This document shows, piece by piece, positions 9,724-20,268 of a stretch of 64,000 nt of DNA (the stretch's first letter is position 1; every line of letters begins with the position of its first letter). The DNA is from Pseudomonadota bacterium. GTDB taxonomy: Bacteria > Bdellovibrionota > UBA1018 > CAIMNF01. A program made the translations under genes and the position numbers. Under the pieces are notes generated by a model that searched no databases, had not been told where the DNA came from, and was given only the letters and a program-made list of their open reading frames with translations. The DNA is taken from the NCBI GenBank assembly GCA_027488515.1, contig JAIYBN010000005.1, positions 186,225 to 250,224 of the forward strand. Reading direction: 5' to 3'.

Positions 9724-11121
9724 ATGATCGGGATGTCATTCGAATGGACCACTACCCGGATTTTTGAAACACTCGGGCTGCCTTTGCGCCTGGCGGACAG
9801 CCCAGTCACGGGCATCACCACCGACTCCCGTGCAGTGAAGGCCGGGAACCTGTTTGTCGCCATCAAAGGCGACACTCATGACGGACACGCCTTCATCCCG
9901 CAGGCCCTTTCAGCCGGAGCCGTTGCGGTTCTGAGTGAAGTGCCGGCACAGGAAACAGATCCGAGGGTCATCGTCGTTCCGTCCACCCTCGACGCCATCC
10001 GCGCGTTGGCGGGCAGGTGGAGGAGATCCTTCGACATCCCCTTCATTGCCATCGTCGGCGCTGTGGGAAAGACGACGACCAAAGAACTCAGTTCGTCCAT
10101 TCTCGAGGGACGGTTCGGTCGGGTTCTCAAGACCGAGGGTAGCCAGAACGGTTTTCTGGGTGTCGCTCTCACACTTCTCCGCTTACGTCCCGAGGACCGG
10201 GCTGCGGTCATCGAGATCGGCATCGATGACATCGGTGCCATGGATCAGCACCTTGCTCTCGTGGCTCCCACTCATGTGCTTCTGACCCGGACGGGCCCCG
10301 AACACCTTCATCAACTGAAAACCGTCGAAATCGCGGCACAAGAAGAGCTTCGTGCGTTCGATCATGCTGCGGAACACGGACTTCCACTGGCCGTAAACCT
10401 GTCGGATCCGTTTGTGAAAAACTGGTGGTCCACCCACCGGGCCACACTTCGTCCGGGACAAGCACTCACCTATTCCATGGATCGCGAAGACGGAGCAGAC
10501 CATCTCGGCATCGATCAGGACGGAACGATCGAGATCGTCGCGAAGGACTGGAGGGTGGAGCTCGATTGCCCCCTGCCCGGGACCCACCACGCCCACAACT
10601 TGCTGGCCGCGGTCACTTTGAGCCGTTTTTTCGGGCTGAACGTGGCTGAAATCAAACAAGGCCTTTCGGGATTCAAGACGGCACTCGGCCGCACCGAAGT
10701 GTACCGGCTACCGGACGGAACCACGGTGATCGGTGACCACTACAATTCAAATCCCACTTCACTTGCAGCAGCGCTGGAGCTCCTTGCCCGATCGGGCAAG
10801 GGTCAACCGCTTCACGCGATCCTCGGAGACATGCTCGAGCTCGGCGAAAACGAGGAGCACTACCACCGCGAGGTGGCTTCTGAACTGAGCCGCCTCAGGA
10901 TCGGATCCCTCTGGCTCTATGGTCCGAGAATGAAATGGTTGAAGAACGAACTCGACCTCAGGGGAATTCCCGGAGCCAGACACTTCGAATCGCATGCGGA
11001 ATTGATTTCGAACCTGAAACCGTCCATCGGTGCTGGAGACCGGATCTTGATCAAGGGTTCCCGCGGAATGAAAATGGAAACCGTCTTGAAGGCCCTCCTG
11101 GAGACCCGGAACCAGGAATGA
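9724..11121 (+). CDS. murF: UDP-N-acetylmuramoyl-tripeptide--D-Ala-D-Ala ligase
   Basis: ITTDSRAV, DGHAF, GAVGKTTTKE, DHYNSNP, ILGDMLELG and IKGSRGM. Confidence 0.95.
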   Translation: MIGMSFEWTTTRIFETLGLPLRLADSPVTGITTDSRAVKAGNLFVAIKGDTHDGHAFIPQALSAGAVAVLSEVPAQETDPRVIVVPSTLDAIRALAGRWRRSFDIPFIAIVGAVGKTTTKELSSSILEGRFGRVLKTEGSQNGFLGVALTLLRLRPEDRAAVIEIGIDDIGAMDQHLALVAPTHVLLTRTGPEHLHQLKTVEIAAQEELRAFDHAAEHGLPLAVNLSDPFVKNWWSTHRATLRPGQALTYSMDREDGADHLGIDQDGTIEIVAKDWRVELDCPLPGTHHAHNLLAAVTLSRFFGLNVAEIKQGLSGFKTALGRTEVYRLPDGTTVIGDHYNSNPTSLAAALELLARSGKGQPLHAILGDMLELGENEEHYHREVASELSRLRIGSLWLYGPRMKWLKNELDLRGIPGARHFESHAELISNLKPSIGAGDRILIKGSRGMKMETVLKALLETRNQE

Positions 11122-12230
11122 ATCCACTGACGACCCGATATCTGGGGCCGGATGAAGTAGAGTCTGTCGCAAGCATCCTCACCCACGGCGGAATTGTCGC
11201 TCTTCCGACCGAGACGGTTTACGGATTGGCGGGGAACGCCTTCTCGGGTGAATGTGCTCTCAAGATTTTCAAGGCGAAGGAGAGACCGAGCTTCGACCCG
11301 CTCATCACCCATGTGTCGGAGAAGCTGTTGTCCGGGCGCGGAGGCGTTCTGAACGCCTTGGTCGAAGCAGGAGTGATCGATCGATCGACGATCGCCTGGA
11401 GGACCGCACCCCAGGTTGAAAGACTCATCCACACATTCTGGCCGGGTCCCCTCACCCTGATCCTCCCGCGAGGATCGAAGATTCCCGACGAGGTGACGAG
11501 CGGAAGCCCCCGGGTGGGCGTCCGGATGCCGGAGCATGTCCTGTTTCAAAAGGTCCTGAGTCTCACCGGATTTCCATTGGCCGCACCGAGCGCGAATCGC
11601 TTTGGAAGGATTTCACCGACCACCGCTTCACATGTCAGGGCGGAATTGGACGGGCGGATCGACGCCGTTCTCGACGGCGGACCCTGCAGCGTGGGAGTGG
11701 AATCCACCATCGTCTCGCTGGAAGAATCCGACCATGGCACCTTGATCGCGACTTTGCTCCGCCCGGGAAAGATTTCCCGCGCTGCTCTCGAGCTCGCCCT
11801 CGGAATCCCGGTGGGTGACGGAGTCGGACTGGGAGAGAAGAACCAGAAGATCGCAGCACCGGGCATGCTCGATCAGCATTATGCCCCTGTAAAACCCCTC
11901 TTTTTGTATCCGGGCCCCTTTCCCTCACGTACCGTTCTCGATTCATGGATCCGGAAACTCGGCTTGAACGGCACTCCCGCTTTTCTTTGCCAGCACCTGA
12001 AGAGTTCAGAATGCCTGGACCCTGAAGATCTCCGGAGCGTCCTCACTCCCGAAGCCGACCCCGAGACCGCTGCGAGGGCTCTCTTTTCGGCCCTCCGTTC
12101 GCTGGATGAGGATGCCGCCGTTGATTTCATTCTCGCAGAACTCCCTGAAAACACGGAAGAAGGCCTCTCTGCAGCGATCGCCGACCGTTTGAACCGCGCA
12201 AGCGTCAATAAACCGTTACTGAAACGCTGA
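11118..12230 (+). CDS. tsaC: L-threonylcarbamoyladenylate synthase, Sua5 type
   Basis: VALPTETVYGL, KERPSFDPLI, FWPGPLT, AAPSAN, GVESTIV and PGMLDQHYAP (SUA5 linker). ATGA overlap with murF. Confidence 0.93.
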   Translation: MNPLTTRYLGPDEVESVASILTHGGIVALPTETVYGLAGNAFSGECALKIFKAKERPSFDPLITHVSEKLLSGRGGVLNALVEAGVIDRSTIAWRTAPQVERLIHTFWPGPLTLILPRGSKIPDEVTSGSPRVGVRMPEHVLFQKVLSLTGFPLAAPSANRFGRISPTTASHVRAELDGRIDAVLDGGPCSVGVESTIVSLEESDHGTLIATLLRPGKISRAALELALGIPVGDGVGLGEKNQKIAAPGMLDQHYAPVKPLFLYPGPFPSRTVLDSWIRKLGLNGTPAFLCQHLKSSECLDPEDLRSVLTPEADPETAARALFSALRSLDEDAAVDFILAELPENTEEGLSAAIADRLNRASVNKPLLKR

Positions 12231-12323
12231 GGGCGCAATATTTTTGACTGGGTTCCGGATTGCCGGGCCCTTTGTTACCCTGTTCTTCTAAACCAGAATT
12301 TCCCAAGGATGGGAGGGGGACAC

Positions 12324-13199
12324 ATGAAAAAGCATCTCTTGATTGCATTGAGCGCAATTATCTTCACCGGACCAGCATTCGCCGGACAAACCGGCGTGAA
12401 CGTGGTTTACGGCGAAGACAACCGTAAAGACCTCTTCGAGGTCACCAACCCGATGTACCTGAAGCTCGCACGCTCCACGGTCGCATTGATGAAGACCAAC
12501 AGCCTGTCGCAAAACAGCTCCGGCATGGTCGAAATCAAAGCCCGTAGCTTCCAGCAGCTGATGGGTGTTTGCAACAACGAGCCGTTCTTCGACCAACCTT
12601 CCGGCGGTTTCTGCTCCGGTTCCCTGATCGGCAAGAACATGATCCTGACCGCAGGCCACTGCATCAAGTCCCAGAGTGATTGCATGGGCACGAGCTTCGT
12701 GTTCGACTACGCCGTCACCGCCAAGGGCAAGTATCCCCGTTTCGCCAAAGAAGCTGACGTTTACAAGTGCTCGAACGTGATCCACACCGAAGCATTCGGA
12801 AACGGATCTGATTTCGCAATCGTGACTCTCGACCGCAACGTGGTCGGACGTGACGCACTCGAACTGGCCCGTGAACGCGCCAATCGCGTGATCCCGAACG
12901 GCACCGAACTCCTGATGATCGGTCACCCGGCAGGCCTTCCCACCAAGTTCGACGACGGCGGCAAGGTCCGCAGCAACACCCAGAGCGGGTTCTTCGTGGC
13001 AACCACCGACAGCTACGGCGGGAACTCCGGATCTGCAGTCTTCAACAAGAAGACCGGCAAGATTGAAGGAGTTCTGGTCCGTGGTGAAACCGACTACGTG
13101 TACGCCAACGGCTGCCGCGTATCCAAGGTGTGCAGTGAAACCACCTGCCGCGGTGAAGACGTGACCAAGATCAGCTCGGTTCTTCCTTACCTGAACTGA
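12324..13199 (+). CDS. Secreted trypsin-like (S1) serine protease
   Basis: Signal peptide MKKHLLIAL...AFA and the triad motifs LTAGHC, DFAIV and GGNSGS. Confidence 0.9.
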   Translation: MKKHLLIALSAIIFTGPAFAGQTGVNVVYGEDNRKDLFEVTNPMYLKLARSTVALMKTNSLSQNSSGMVEIKARSFQQLMGVCNNEPFFDQPSGGFCSGSLIGKNMILTAGHCIKSQSDCMGTSFVFDYAVTAKGKYPRFAKEADVYKCSNVIHTEAFGNGSDFAIVTLDRNVVGRDALELARERANRVIPNGTELLMIGHPAGLPTKFDDGGKVRSNTQSGFFVATTDSYGGNSGSAVFNKKTGKIEGVLVRGETDYVYANGCRVSKVCSETTCRGEDVTKISSVLPYLN

Positions 13200-13215
13200 G
13201 CTCGGAAGCTCGAAG

Positions 13216-13253
13216 GCCCGGGGGTGCGAAAGCGCTCCCGGGCTTTTTTTTTT
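13216..13253 (+). terminator. Rho-independent terminator after the protease gene
   Basis: GCCCGGGGG...CTCCCGGGC hairpin followed by T10. Confidence 0.9.
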
Positions 13254-13263
13254 GCCGTGATCC

Positions 13264-13653
13264 TCAGCGCATCACGAACAGCGAGAGCAATGTGGCACCG
13301 AAATACACGAACATGTTGGCCGAGCCTTGGAACTCATTGGCGAGCCTGAGTCCGAAACAGAGGATCCCGAACAGGAAGAGTGAACCGGTGAGTGCCCAAG
13401 GGAGAAGTGCCGGCATGAACGGCGAGAGCACGAACATCACCGCGAGTGCCGTTTCGAGCAAGGTGATCACCGCGTAGCCGATCTTGGCCCCACCCGGAAT
13501 GGAGCCGATCGGGGTCTTTGCGAACTGCCCCACAAACCAATCAGGGGCCACACCGAATGATTTCAGCTTGTCCCAGGCTGCAGTGCCCATGAGTACGGAA
13601 TAGATGAGAACGATGGCGTAAGACTGCAGCAAGGCCGGTGTGAAATTTTCCAT
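13264..13653 (-). CDS. DoxX-like small membrane protein
   Basis: Four hydrophobic segments; WDK...WFVGQFAKTP is similar to DoxX-family proteins. Start taken at MENFTP. Confidence 0.65.
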   Translation of the reverse strand: MENFTPALLQSYAIVLIYSVLMGTAAWDKLKSFGVAPDWFVGQFAKTPIGSIPGGAKIGYAVITLLETALAVMFVLSPFMPALLPWALTGSLFLFGILCFGLRLANEFQGSANMFVYFGATLLSLFVMR

Positions 13654-13692
13654 AGCGCCGATCCTAGCCATGGAACCCGGCTTCGCGCAAAC

Positions 13693-13727
13693 AAAAATGG
13701 CCCGGAGAGATTCCCTCCGGGCCATTT
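13693..13727 (-). terminator. Rho-independent terminator after hppA
   Basis: AAATGGCCCGGAG/CTCCGGGCCATTT inverted repeat with a U-tract on the minus strand. Confidence 0.8.
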
Positions 13728-13745
13728 CGTCGATTGAATTGAATC

Positions 13746-15800
13746 TCAAAGTTTTGCGATCAGGGGTGCGATCAGCAAGGAAACGACGCTCATCACCTTG
13801 ATGAGAATCGCAATGCCGGGACCGGAGGTGTCCTTGAACGGATCGCCGACCATGTCGCCGACGACTGCGTTCTTGTGCACATCCCCGCCCTTTTTATGAC
13901 CCGGAAGATTGCCCTTCTCGATGTACTTCTTGGCGTTGTCCCAGGCTCCACCGGCGTTCGCCATGTAGAGTGACAGGGTCGCACCGACAGCGAGTGCACC
14001 GGCAAGCAAGCCTGCAAGAGCTCCGGCTCCGAGCACGAAGCCGATGATCACCGGAGACACCACGGCGATCATTCCCGGAAGGATCATCTCCCTCAGAGCG
14101 GCGGCAGTGGCGATATCCACGATCTTCTTGGGCTCAGGATCGGCCTTCAGCTCCATGAGACCGGGGATCTCTTTGAACTGACGGCGGATCTCTTCCACGA
14201 TCGCACCGGCAGCGCGACCGACCGCCAACATGGTGGTCGAACCCACCAGGAACGGAAGGATCGAACCGACGAGGATCCCGATCAGGATGTTCGGATCGGT
14301 GATCTCGAGCGACATTTTGGCCAATCCTGCGACTTCACGAACATGGTTCACTTCCATGTTGAAAGCCGAGAACAGGGCGAGCACGGTCAGGATGGCGGAG
14401 CCGATGGCGAAGCCCTTCCCGATCGCGGCAGTGGTGTTCCCCACTGCGTCGAGCTCGTCGGTGATCGCACGGACTTCAGGTCCGAGACCCGACATTTCGG
14501 AGATCCCGCCCGCATTGTCCGAGATCGGACCGTAGGCGTCCACAGTCATCACGACGGCCGTTCCGCCGAGCATTCCGACCGCAGAGAGGGCGATGCCGTA
14601 AAGACCGAGGTACTTGTTCGAGAGGTAAGCCACGAACGCCACGACCAGCATGGGAATCGCAGTGGATTCCATTCCGACCGCGAGACCGCGGATCAGGTTG
14701 GTGCCGGCTCCGGTCGTCGACGCTTCAGCAATCTTCGCCACAGGACCCATGGAGGTGTAGTAGTCGGTCACGAGCCCGATCACTGCACCACCGAGCGCGC
14801 CCAGCGCCAGGATGGCGGTCACCGATTGGGTGATGCCGAGGATGTTCATGACCACGTAAGAAACCACTGCCAGCAGGATCGGCGGGAAAATGAGTGATCC
14901 GCGCAACACAGCCGCCGGGTTCATCCCTCGCATCGCACGGGCGATGAAGATACAGAGGATGGACACGCCCAGACCGAGGCCTGACAGAACCAGAGGCAGC
15001 CCGATCGCCACCAGACGGTTGTCGAGAGCGGTGGTCAGGGTCGGGAGGGTTTCGTTCGAGGAAGTGATGGCGATCGCCATGGCTGCCACGATGGCTGCAA
15101 TCATGGATTCATAGATGTCTGCACCCATGCCGGCCACATCACCGACGTTGTCACCGACGTTGTCGGCCACCACGCCCGGGTTCCGGGGGTCGTCTTCGGG
15201 AATACCTTCAATCACCTTGCCGGCGATGTCGGATCCGACGTCGGCCGCTTTGGTGTAGATCCCGCCACCGATCCGCGCAAAGAGAGCGATCGAGGAAGCT
15301 CCGACCGCGAAGGAGTGCAGGATCGGGCTCAGGGATTCATGATCCTTGAACATCTGGTAAACCACGCCGAGGCCGATGAGGCCGAGGGCGGCTACCGACA
15401 ATCCCATGACGGCCCCGCCGTCGAGGGCGGTCAGAAGAGCATTGGCCTTGATCCCGGAACGGGCGGCTTCAGTGGTCCGGACGTTGGCATAGGTCGCAGC
15501 CTTCATGCCGATGAAACCCGCCAGGAGACTCAAGAAAGCCCCGAGGAGGAAGGACGCGGCGGAAATCCAGCCGAGCCCGTAGCCGATGGCCAGACCGACC
15601 ACCACGGCGTAAATGCCGAGGACCTTATACTGGCGGTTCAAGAAGGCCATGGCCCCTTCGCGGATATAACCGGCAATCCGCCTCATGGTGTCATTTCCAT
15701 CCGGGATGTTTTTCACCCTGAAAAAGAAGAACGCCGCAATCGCCAAGCCCAATACCCCGAAAACAACGGGAGAATTCATCCACGAATTCCAAGATTCCAT
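13746..15800 (-). CDS. hppA: Membrane-integral ion-translocating pyrophosphatase, K+-dependent type (probably Na+-pumping)
   Basis: [62 protein letters not shown] and GDPFKDT. Confidence 0.96.
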   Translation of the reverse strand: MESWNSWMNSPVVFGVLGLAIAAFFFFRVKNIPDGNDTMRRIAGYIREGAMAFLNRQYKVLGIYAVVVGLAIGYGLGWISAASFLLGAFLSLLAGFIGMKAATYANVRTTEAARSGIKANALLTALDGGAVMGLSVAALGLIGLGVVYQMFKDHESLSPILHSFAVGASSIALFARIGGGIYTKAADVGSDIAGKVIEGIPEDDPRNPGVVADNVGDNVGDVAGMGADIYESMIAAIVAAMAIAITSSNETLPTLTTALDNRLVAIGLPLVLSGLGLGVSILCIFIARAMRGMNPAAVLRGSLIFPPILLAVVSYVVMNILGITQSVTAILALGALGGAVIGLVTDYYTSMGPVAKIAEASTTGAGTNLIRGLAVGMESTAIPMLVVAFVAYLSNKYLGLYGIALSAVGMLGGTAVVMTVDAYGPISDNAGGISEMSGLGPEVRAITDELDAVGNTTAAIGKGFAIGSAILTVLALFSAFNMEVNHVREVAGLAKMSLEITDPNILIGILVGSILPFLVGSTTMLAVGRAAGAIVEEIRRQFKEIPGLMELKADPEPKKIVDIATAAALREMILPGMIAVVSPVIIGFVLGAGALAGLLAGALAVGATLSLYMANAGGAWDNAKKYIEKGNLPGHKKGGDVHKNAVVGDMVGDPFKDTSGPGIAILIKVMSVVSLLIAPLIAKL

Positions 15801-15942
15801 TTCCACAGATCTCCTTAATGATGTTGAATTGCGGAGACTATTCCCCAAATTTGACGCCCTGTAAATAGAGGAAACCGCTCGGAAAGTTTATTTTTATTCC
15901 CGGCTTGACTTTGGCCGTTCTTTCAGGCATCCCTGTAAAGCT

Positions 15943-16449
15943 ATGTACGCAGTCATTGAAACAGGTGGAAAACAAGTTCGTGTTCAAGCAGGCGATATCG
16001 TTCAGATCGAGAAGCTCGCGGGAGAAGTCGGTTCCAAAGTCACTTTCGACAAAGTGTTGTTTGTGAGCACCCCTTCCGAAACCAGCTCTGAGATCACACT
16101 CGGTCAGCCCTATATCTCGAACGCTAAAGTGGAAGTGGAAATCCTGGCCCAAGGCCGTGGCGATAAAGTGACCATCATCAAGATGAAGCGTCGCAAACAA
16201 TATCGTCGCACCCAAGGTCACCGTCAGGAGCAGACCCAAGTGCTCGTGCTCGGACTCTCCGACGGCGCCAAGAAAACCGAGATCACCGCTGCGGACAAGA
16301 AGGTCAAGCTGGCCAAGTTCTTCACGAACCTGAAGCCTAAAGGACCTGCGAGCCAGACCAAGACTCTGGGCTCCCGCAAGAAGATGAATGCTGCCAAGAA
16401 AGCGGCTTCCATCGCGGCGAAAAGCACCAAGGCGAAAGCCAAGAAATAA
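15943..16449 (+). CDS. rplU: 50S ribosomal protein L21 with basic C-terminal extension
   Basis: [11 protein letters not shown]...[14 protein letters not shown], followed by about 55-60 extra Lys/Ala-rich residues. Confidence 0.96.
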   Translation: MYAVIETGGKQVRVQAGDIVQIEKLAGEVGSKVTFDKVLFVSTPSETSSEITLGQPYISNAKVEVEILAQGRGDKVTIIKMKRRKQYRRTQGHRQEQTQVLVLGLSDGAKKTEITAADKKVKLAKFFTNLKPKGPASQTKTLGSRKKMNAAKKAASIAAKSTKAKAKK

Positions 16450-16539
16450 TTCCAATCCAATTTGAGGGTGGAGCCCGGAGGAAGACATTTCACTCCCGGT
16501 AACCCGTCGGCATGAAGGGCCGATCCAAGAGGTAAAGTC

Positions 16540-16794
16540 ATGGCACATAAAAAAGCGGGTGGTAGTACAAAAAACGGTCGCGACAGTAATCCGAAGATGC
16601 TCGGTGTGAAGAAATTCGGCGGTCAGCATGTGAAGAGCGGTCAGATCCTGGTCCGTCAACGTGGAACCAAGTTCCACGCCGGCAAGAACGTCGGTCTCGG
16701 ACGTGACTTCACCATCTTCGCCCTTATCGACGGCGTTGTGAAGTTCGAGTACAAGGACCAGAAGCGCCAGAAGATCTCCGTTTACGCCGCGTAA
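16540..16794 (+). CDS. rpmA: 50S ribosomal protein L27
   Basis: [16 protein letters not shown]...[10 protein letters not shown]. Confidence 0.98.
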   Translation: MAHKKAGGSTKNGRDSNPKMLGVKKFGGQHVKSGQILVRQRGTKFHAGKNVGLGRDFTIFALIDGVVKFEYKDQKRQKISVYAA

Positions 16795-16819
16795 GCAGAG
16801 ATTCTTCTTGAAGGATTCC

Positions 16820-16859
16820 GAACCGGGGGAACAGGCTCTGTCTCCCGGTTCTTTTTTTT
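16820..16859 (+). terminator. Terminator between rpmA and obgE
   Basis: GAACCGGGG...CTCCCGGTTC hairpin followed by T8. Confidence 0.8.
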
Positions 16860-16882
16860 GAGGCCCGTCAAGGGAAGGGATC

Positions 16883-17974
16883 ATGAGGTTCATCGACGAA
16901 GCGAAAATCAAGGTCATGGCCGGTCACGGTGGCCGCGGTTGCATCAGCTTCCGCAGGGAGAAGTTCGTTCCGCGTGGCGGACCGGACGGTGGTGACGGCG
17001 GCAAGGGTGGAAGTGTCGTGTTCGAATCCACCACCAATTTGGCCACACTCCAGGACTTCCGTTTCAAGCGCAACTACCAGGCCGAGAACGGCCAGCCCGG
17101 TTCAGGCAAGAACAAGGCGGGGCGTGACGGAGAGGACATCATCGTCCTGGTGCCGGTCGGAACCTTGATCAAGCGCCAGGATGACGGAGAGATCCTGTTT
17201 GATTTCACCGAGTCCGGACAACGTTGGACCGCTGTGAAGGGTGGCCGTGGTGGAAAGGGCAACTCCCATTTTGTGACGGCCGTTTTCCAGGCTCCGAAAT
17301 TCGCCCAACCGGGTGAAGAAGGCGGCAGCCTTGAATTGACTCTCGAGCTGAAACTCCTCGCAGACGCGAGCCTCATCGGCTACCCCAATGCCGGAAAGTC
17401 GACCCTGATCTCCCGGATGAGCGCCGCCCATCCCAAGATCGCTGACTACCCCTTCACCACCCTTTCCCCGAACCTGGGTGTGGTGAAAGTGGCAGACTTC
17501 CAGAGCTTCGTGGTGGCTGACATTCCCGGACTCATCGAGGGAGCCCACAAGGGTCTCGGACTCGGACATAAATTCTTGAAGCACATCGAGCGGACCCGGA
17601 TCACGGTGCATCTGCTTGACGGAACCCACCTCCTCGATTTCACCACACTTCCGGACGACGAACCCGGAGCTTCGGTCAAAAAAGGGGCGAAAGAGCTTCA
17701 CCGTCTTTATCTGGCCATCCGAAAAGAGCTCGAACTTTTCAATCCTGAACTCGCCGACAAGGACGAGGTCATCGTGATCAACAAGGCCGACCTCTTCCTC
17801 GGGCAGCCGGGTTTCCTCGACGATGTGAAAGCCGAATTCCGGAAACTCCTGACCCAAGGATCCAAAAAAATCGACCGGAAGTTGTTGTCGAAAGAACCTT
17901 ACTCGATTTCTTGTGCCTCGGGTGAAGGCATTCACGATCTGATCCACGTGCTCTGGGAGCGCCTGTCCTCATGA
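16883..17974 (+). CDS. obgE: GTPase ObgE/CgtA
   Basis: FRREKFVPRGGPDGGDGG, GYPNAGKST, YPFTT, DIPGLIEGA and NKAD. Confidence 0.97.
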   Translation: MRFIDEAKIKVMAGHGGRGCISFRREKFVPRGGPDGGDGGKGGSVVFESTTNLATLQDFRFKRNYQAENGQPGSGKNKAGRDGEDIIVLVPVGTLIKRQDDGEILFDFTESGQRWTAVKGGRGGKGNSHFVTAVFQAPKFAQPGEEGGSLELTLELKLLADASLIGYPNAGKSTLISRMSAAHPKIADYPFTTLSPNLGVVKVADFQSFVVADIPGLIEGAHKGLGLGHKFLKHIERTRITVHLLDGTHLLDFTTLPDDEPGASVKKGAKELHRLYLAIRKELELFNPELADKDEVIVINKADLFLGQPGFLDDVKAEFRKLLTQGSKKIDRKLLSKEPYSISCASGEGIHDLIHVLWERLSS

Positions 17975-18624
17975 TGTCCGGGCTTCGTGGGCACACCGCT
18001 CTTTTCGGCGGGAGCTTCAACCCGCCCCACCGGGGCCATGTGAGCGCAGTGAGAAGCCTTCTGGAGAATGCCGGAGTCCGCAGGGTCAAGGTCGTCCCTT
18101 CGTTCGGAACCCCCCTGAAAGAAACTGCAGTCCCCTATCCGCACCGTCTGGCTATGGCCCGGATCGCATTTGAAGGAATCGCAGAAGTCGATGGAATCGA
18201 AGGCGAACACCGTGTCGAGTTCACCTGGCAACTCCTCGAGGTCCTGAAGAAGAGCGGTGAGCCTCTGGCGTTTGTGATGGGCTCGGACCAATTGGAATCG
18301 ATGCCGCGCTGGAACCGTTTTCCCCAAGTCCTCGGCCAATGTGATTGGATCGTGATCGGTCGGAAACCGGGAGGTCTGGATCGTGCCGAGCGCGCCGCTG
18401 CCGTTCTCGCCGCAGGCGGAATCCTCAAACCCACCGAATCCCGTGGCGTTTACCAAACCCCCGAAAGGTCCTCGTATTTGAGGCTGTGCGAGACCGACGC
18501 ACCGGAACTTTCATCCACCCGGATCCGTGAGCTTCTGGCTCTCAACAATAAAGAATCGGCCGGGGAACTGCTTCCCCCGGGTGTGCTCGATTACATCGAA
18601 AGGAACAAAATTTATGGCACCTGA
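17971..18624 (+). CDS. nadD: Nicotinate-nucleotide adenylyltransferase
   Basis: FGGSFNPPHRGH (HxGH), FVMGSD, LSSTRIR and VLDYIERNKIY. Confidence 0.93.
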   Translation: MMSGLRGHTALFGGSFNPPHRGHVSAVRSLLENAGVRRVKVVPSFGTPLKETAVPYPHRLAMARIAFEGIAEVDGIEGEHRVEFTWQLLEVLKKSGEPLAFVMGSDQLESMPRWNRFPQVLGQCDWIVIGRKPGGLDRAERAAAVLAAGGILKPTESRGVYQTPERSSYLRLCETDAPELSSTRIRELLALNNKESAGELLPPGVLDYIERNKIYGT

Positions 18625-19021
18625 AACCACCACCGTCATCGAAGTCGGCGAAGTCTCCTTGGCGAAGGCCTATTTGGCTGTACAGGCCTCAGCCAACAAA
18701 AAAGCTGAAAACATCAAGGTCCTCGACCTGAAGGACCTCTCCTCGTTCACCGAGTACTTCATGATCGCCTCCGGTCATTCCGACCGCCAGGTCCAGGCGA
18801 TCGCGGACTCCATCATCATCGAACTGAAAGAAGAAGGCTTCCTGCCGGTTGCCGTGGAAGGCTACCGTGAGGGTCGCTGGGTCATCGTGGACTACGGCGA
18901 CATGGTCGCACACATCTTCCTCGATGCACTCCGCGAATTCTACGACCTGGAAAACCTGTGGCATCACGCGCGGAAGGTGCCGATTCCCCAGGAACTCTTC
19001 ATCACCTCGATCGAGCACTGA
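18614..19021 (+). CDS. rsfS: Ribosome silencing factor RsfS
   Basis: KKAENIKVLD, IASGHSDRQV, WVIVDYGD..AHIF and FYDLENLW. Confidence 0.95.
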   Translation: MAPETTTVIEVGEVSLAKAYLAVQASANKKAENIKVLDLKDLSSFTEYFMIASGHSDRQVQAIADSIIIELKEEGFLPVAVEGYREGRWVIVDYGDMVAHIFLDALREFYDLENLWHHARKVPIPQELFITSIEH

Positions 19022-19031
19022 TTCCCCGATC

Positions 19032-19544
19032 ATGAAACGGATCACCCTCGTTTGCTTCGGAAAACTGAGAACGGCCGGATTCGAGGCCTCCGTAGGTGAG
19101 TTCGAGAAGCGATTGAAACGCTATACCGCATTCGAAGTCCGTGAACTCCGCGGCCTCCCCGTGCCGGAGAAGGAAGGCGTCCTTCGTGATCAGGTGTCCG
19201 AAAAAGAGGCTGACATGATCCTGGAGCTGATTTCGAGTCCGGGGTTCAAATCACGGTCCGGAAGGAATCCGGACCTCTGGTGCCTCGATGAGACCGGTAA
19301 GGCGATGAAAACCACCGACTGGGCCGCATCTCTGGCAGACATCTCGGATCACGGGAGCGGCGAGCTCGTGCTCGTCATCGGAGGGAGTCTTGGCCTGGGC
19401 GAACGGATTCTGAAGCAGGCTCAAAAACGTATTTCTTTCGGACCCCAGACCCTCTCCCACGAACTGGCTCGATTGGTACTGATGGAGCAACTCTACCGGG
19501 CGCTTTCGTTCCGGGCGGGACACCCCTACCACAACGAAGGTTGA
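19032..19544 (+). CDS. rlmH: 23S rRNA (pseudouridine1915-N3)-methyltransferase
   Basis: LDETGK, VIGGSLG, ISFGPQTLSHELARLVLMEQLYRA and HPYH. Canonical position after rsfS. Confidence 0.95.
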   Translation: MKRITLVCFGKLRTAGFEASVGEFEKRLKRYTAFEVRELRGLPVPEKEGVLRDQVSEKEADMILELISSPGFKSRSGRNPDLWCLDETGKAMKTTDWAASLADISDHGSGELVLVIGGSLGLGERILKQAQKRISFGPQTLSHELARLVLMEQLYRALSFRAGHPYHNEG

Positions 19545-19569
19545 GCCCGATCCTTGCAACACCCGGGAC

Positions 19570-20268
19570 ATGTTCTGGCCCACCGTGTTTTTTTGTCCGG
19601 GATGCCTTCAGCCCTCCTTCCATTCTTTATGTGCATCCTGCCTTGCATCCATCCGCCTCAACCATCATCGATTCGATCTGGGGCGGAGCGGGCTCGAGGG
19701 CTGTTACCCGATCCTGATCTCCGCAGGCACCACCAGAACCCTTCTCCGCCGATGGAAGGAAAAGCGGGGCAACGTCCTGCGGCGACATCTTTTCAGGATG
19801 GCCCCGGATTTGGCGCGATCCCTCACCAACCTCGCACCACTCGCCGTCGTCCCGATTCCTCAGAGCCGGAGACGATCCGATCGTAGGGGGCATGCCTCCT
19901 CCTACGAAGTTGCGGAATTCATCGCCACCCGGATCAACCGACCGATCGTCGAACTCCTCGAATTGGACACGGACGAACCTACCCACATGACCGGAAAGAC
20001 TCGCTTCGAACGGGACCATTCGCCCAATCCGTTTCAGATCTCGAAGGAGTTCTCAGCCCGACATCCCCTGTTCCCCCTGATCGAAGAACGGGTGTTTTCA
20101 GGCGCGGAAATCCCCTTGCTACTCGTCGATGACCTGATCACCAGTGGCGCGACGCTGGCAAGAGCAGCCGCAATGATCCACGGATTCCTGCCACGTGCAC
20201 GGATCCACACCTCGGGGCTTGGTTACAGACCGGAAATCAATCAGACCTGCGCAACCGGTCCGTCTTGA
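19570..20268 (+). CDS. comF: ComF family phosphoribosyltransferase-like protein
   Basis: N-terminal CPGC...CASC, VVPIP...RRG and LLVDDLITSGATL. Confidence 0.8.
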   Translation: MFWPTVFFCPGCLQPSFHSLCASCLASIRLNHHRFDLGRSGLEGCYPILISAGTTRTLLRRWKEKRGNVLRRHLFRMAPDLARSLTNLAPLAVVPIPQSRRRSDRRGHASSYEVAEFIATRINRPIVELLELDTDEPTHMTGKTRFERDHSPNPFQISKEFSARHPLFPLIEERVFSGAEIPLLLVDDLITSGATLARAAAMIHGFLPRARIHTSGLGYRPEINQTCATGPS

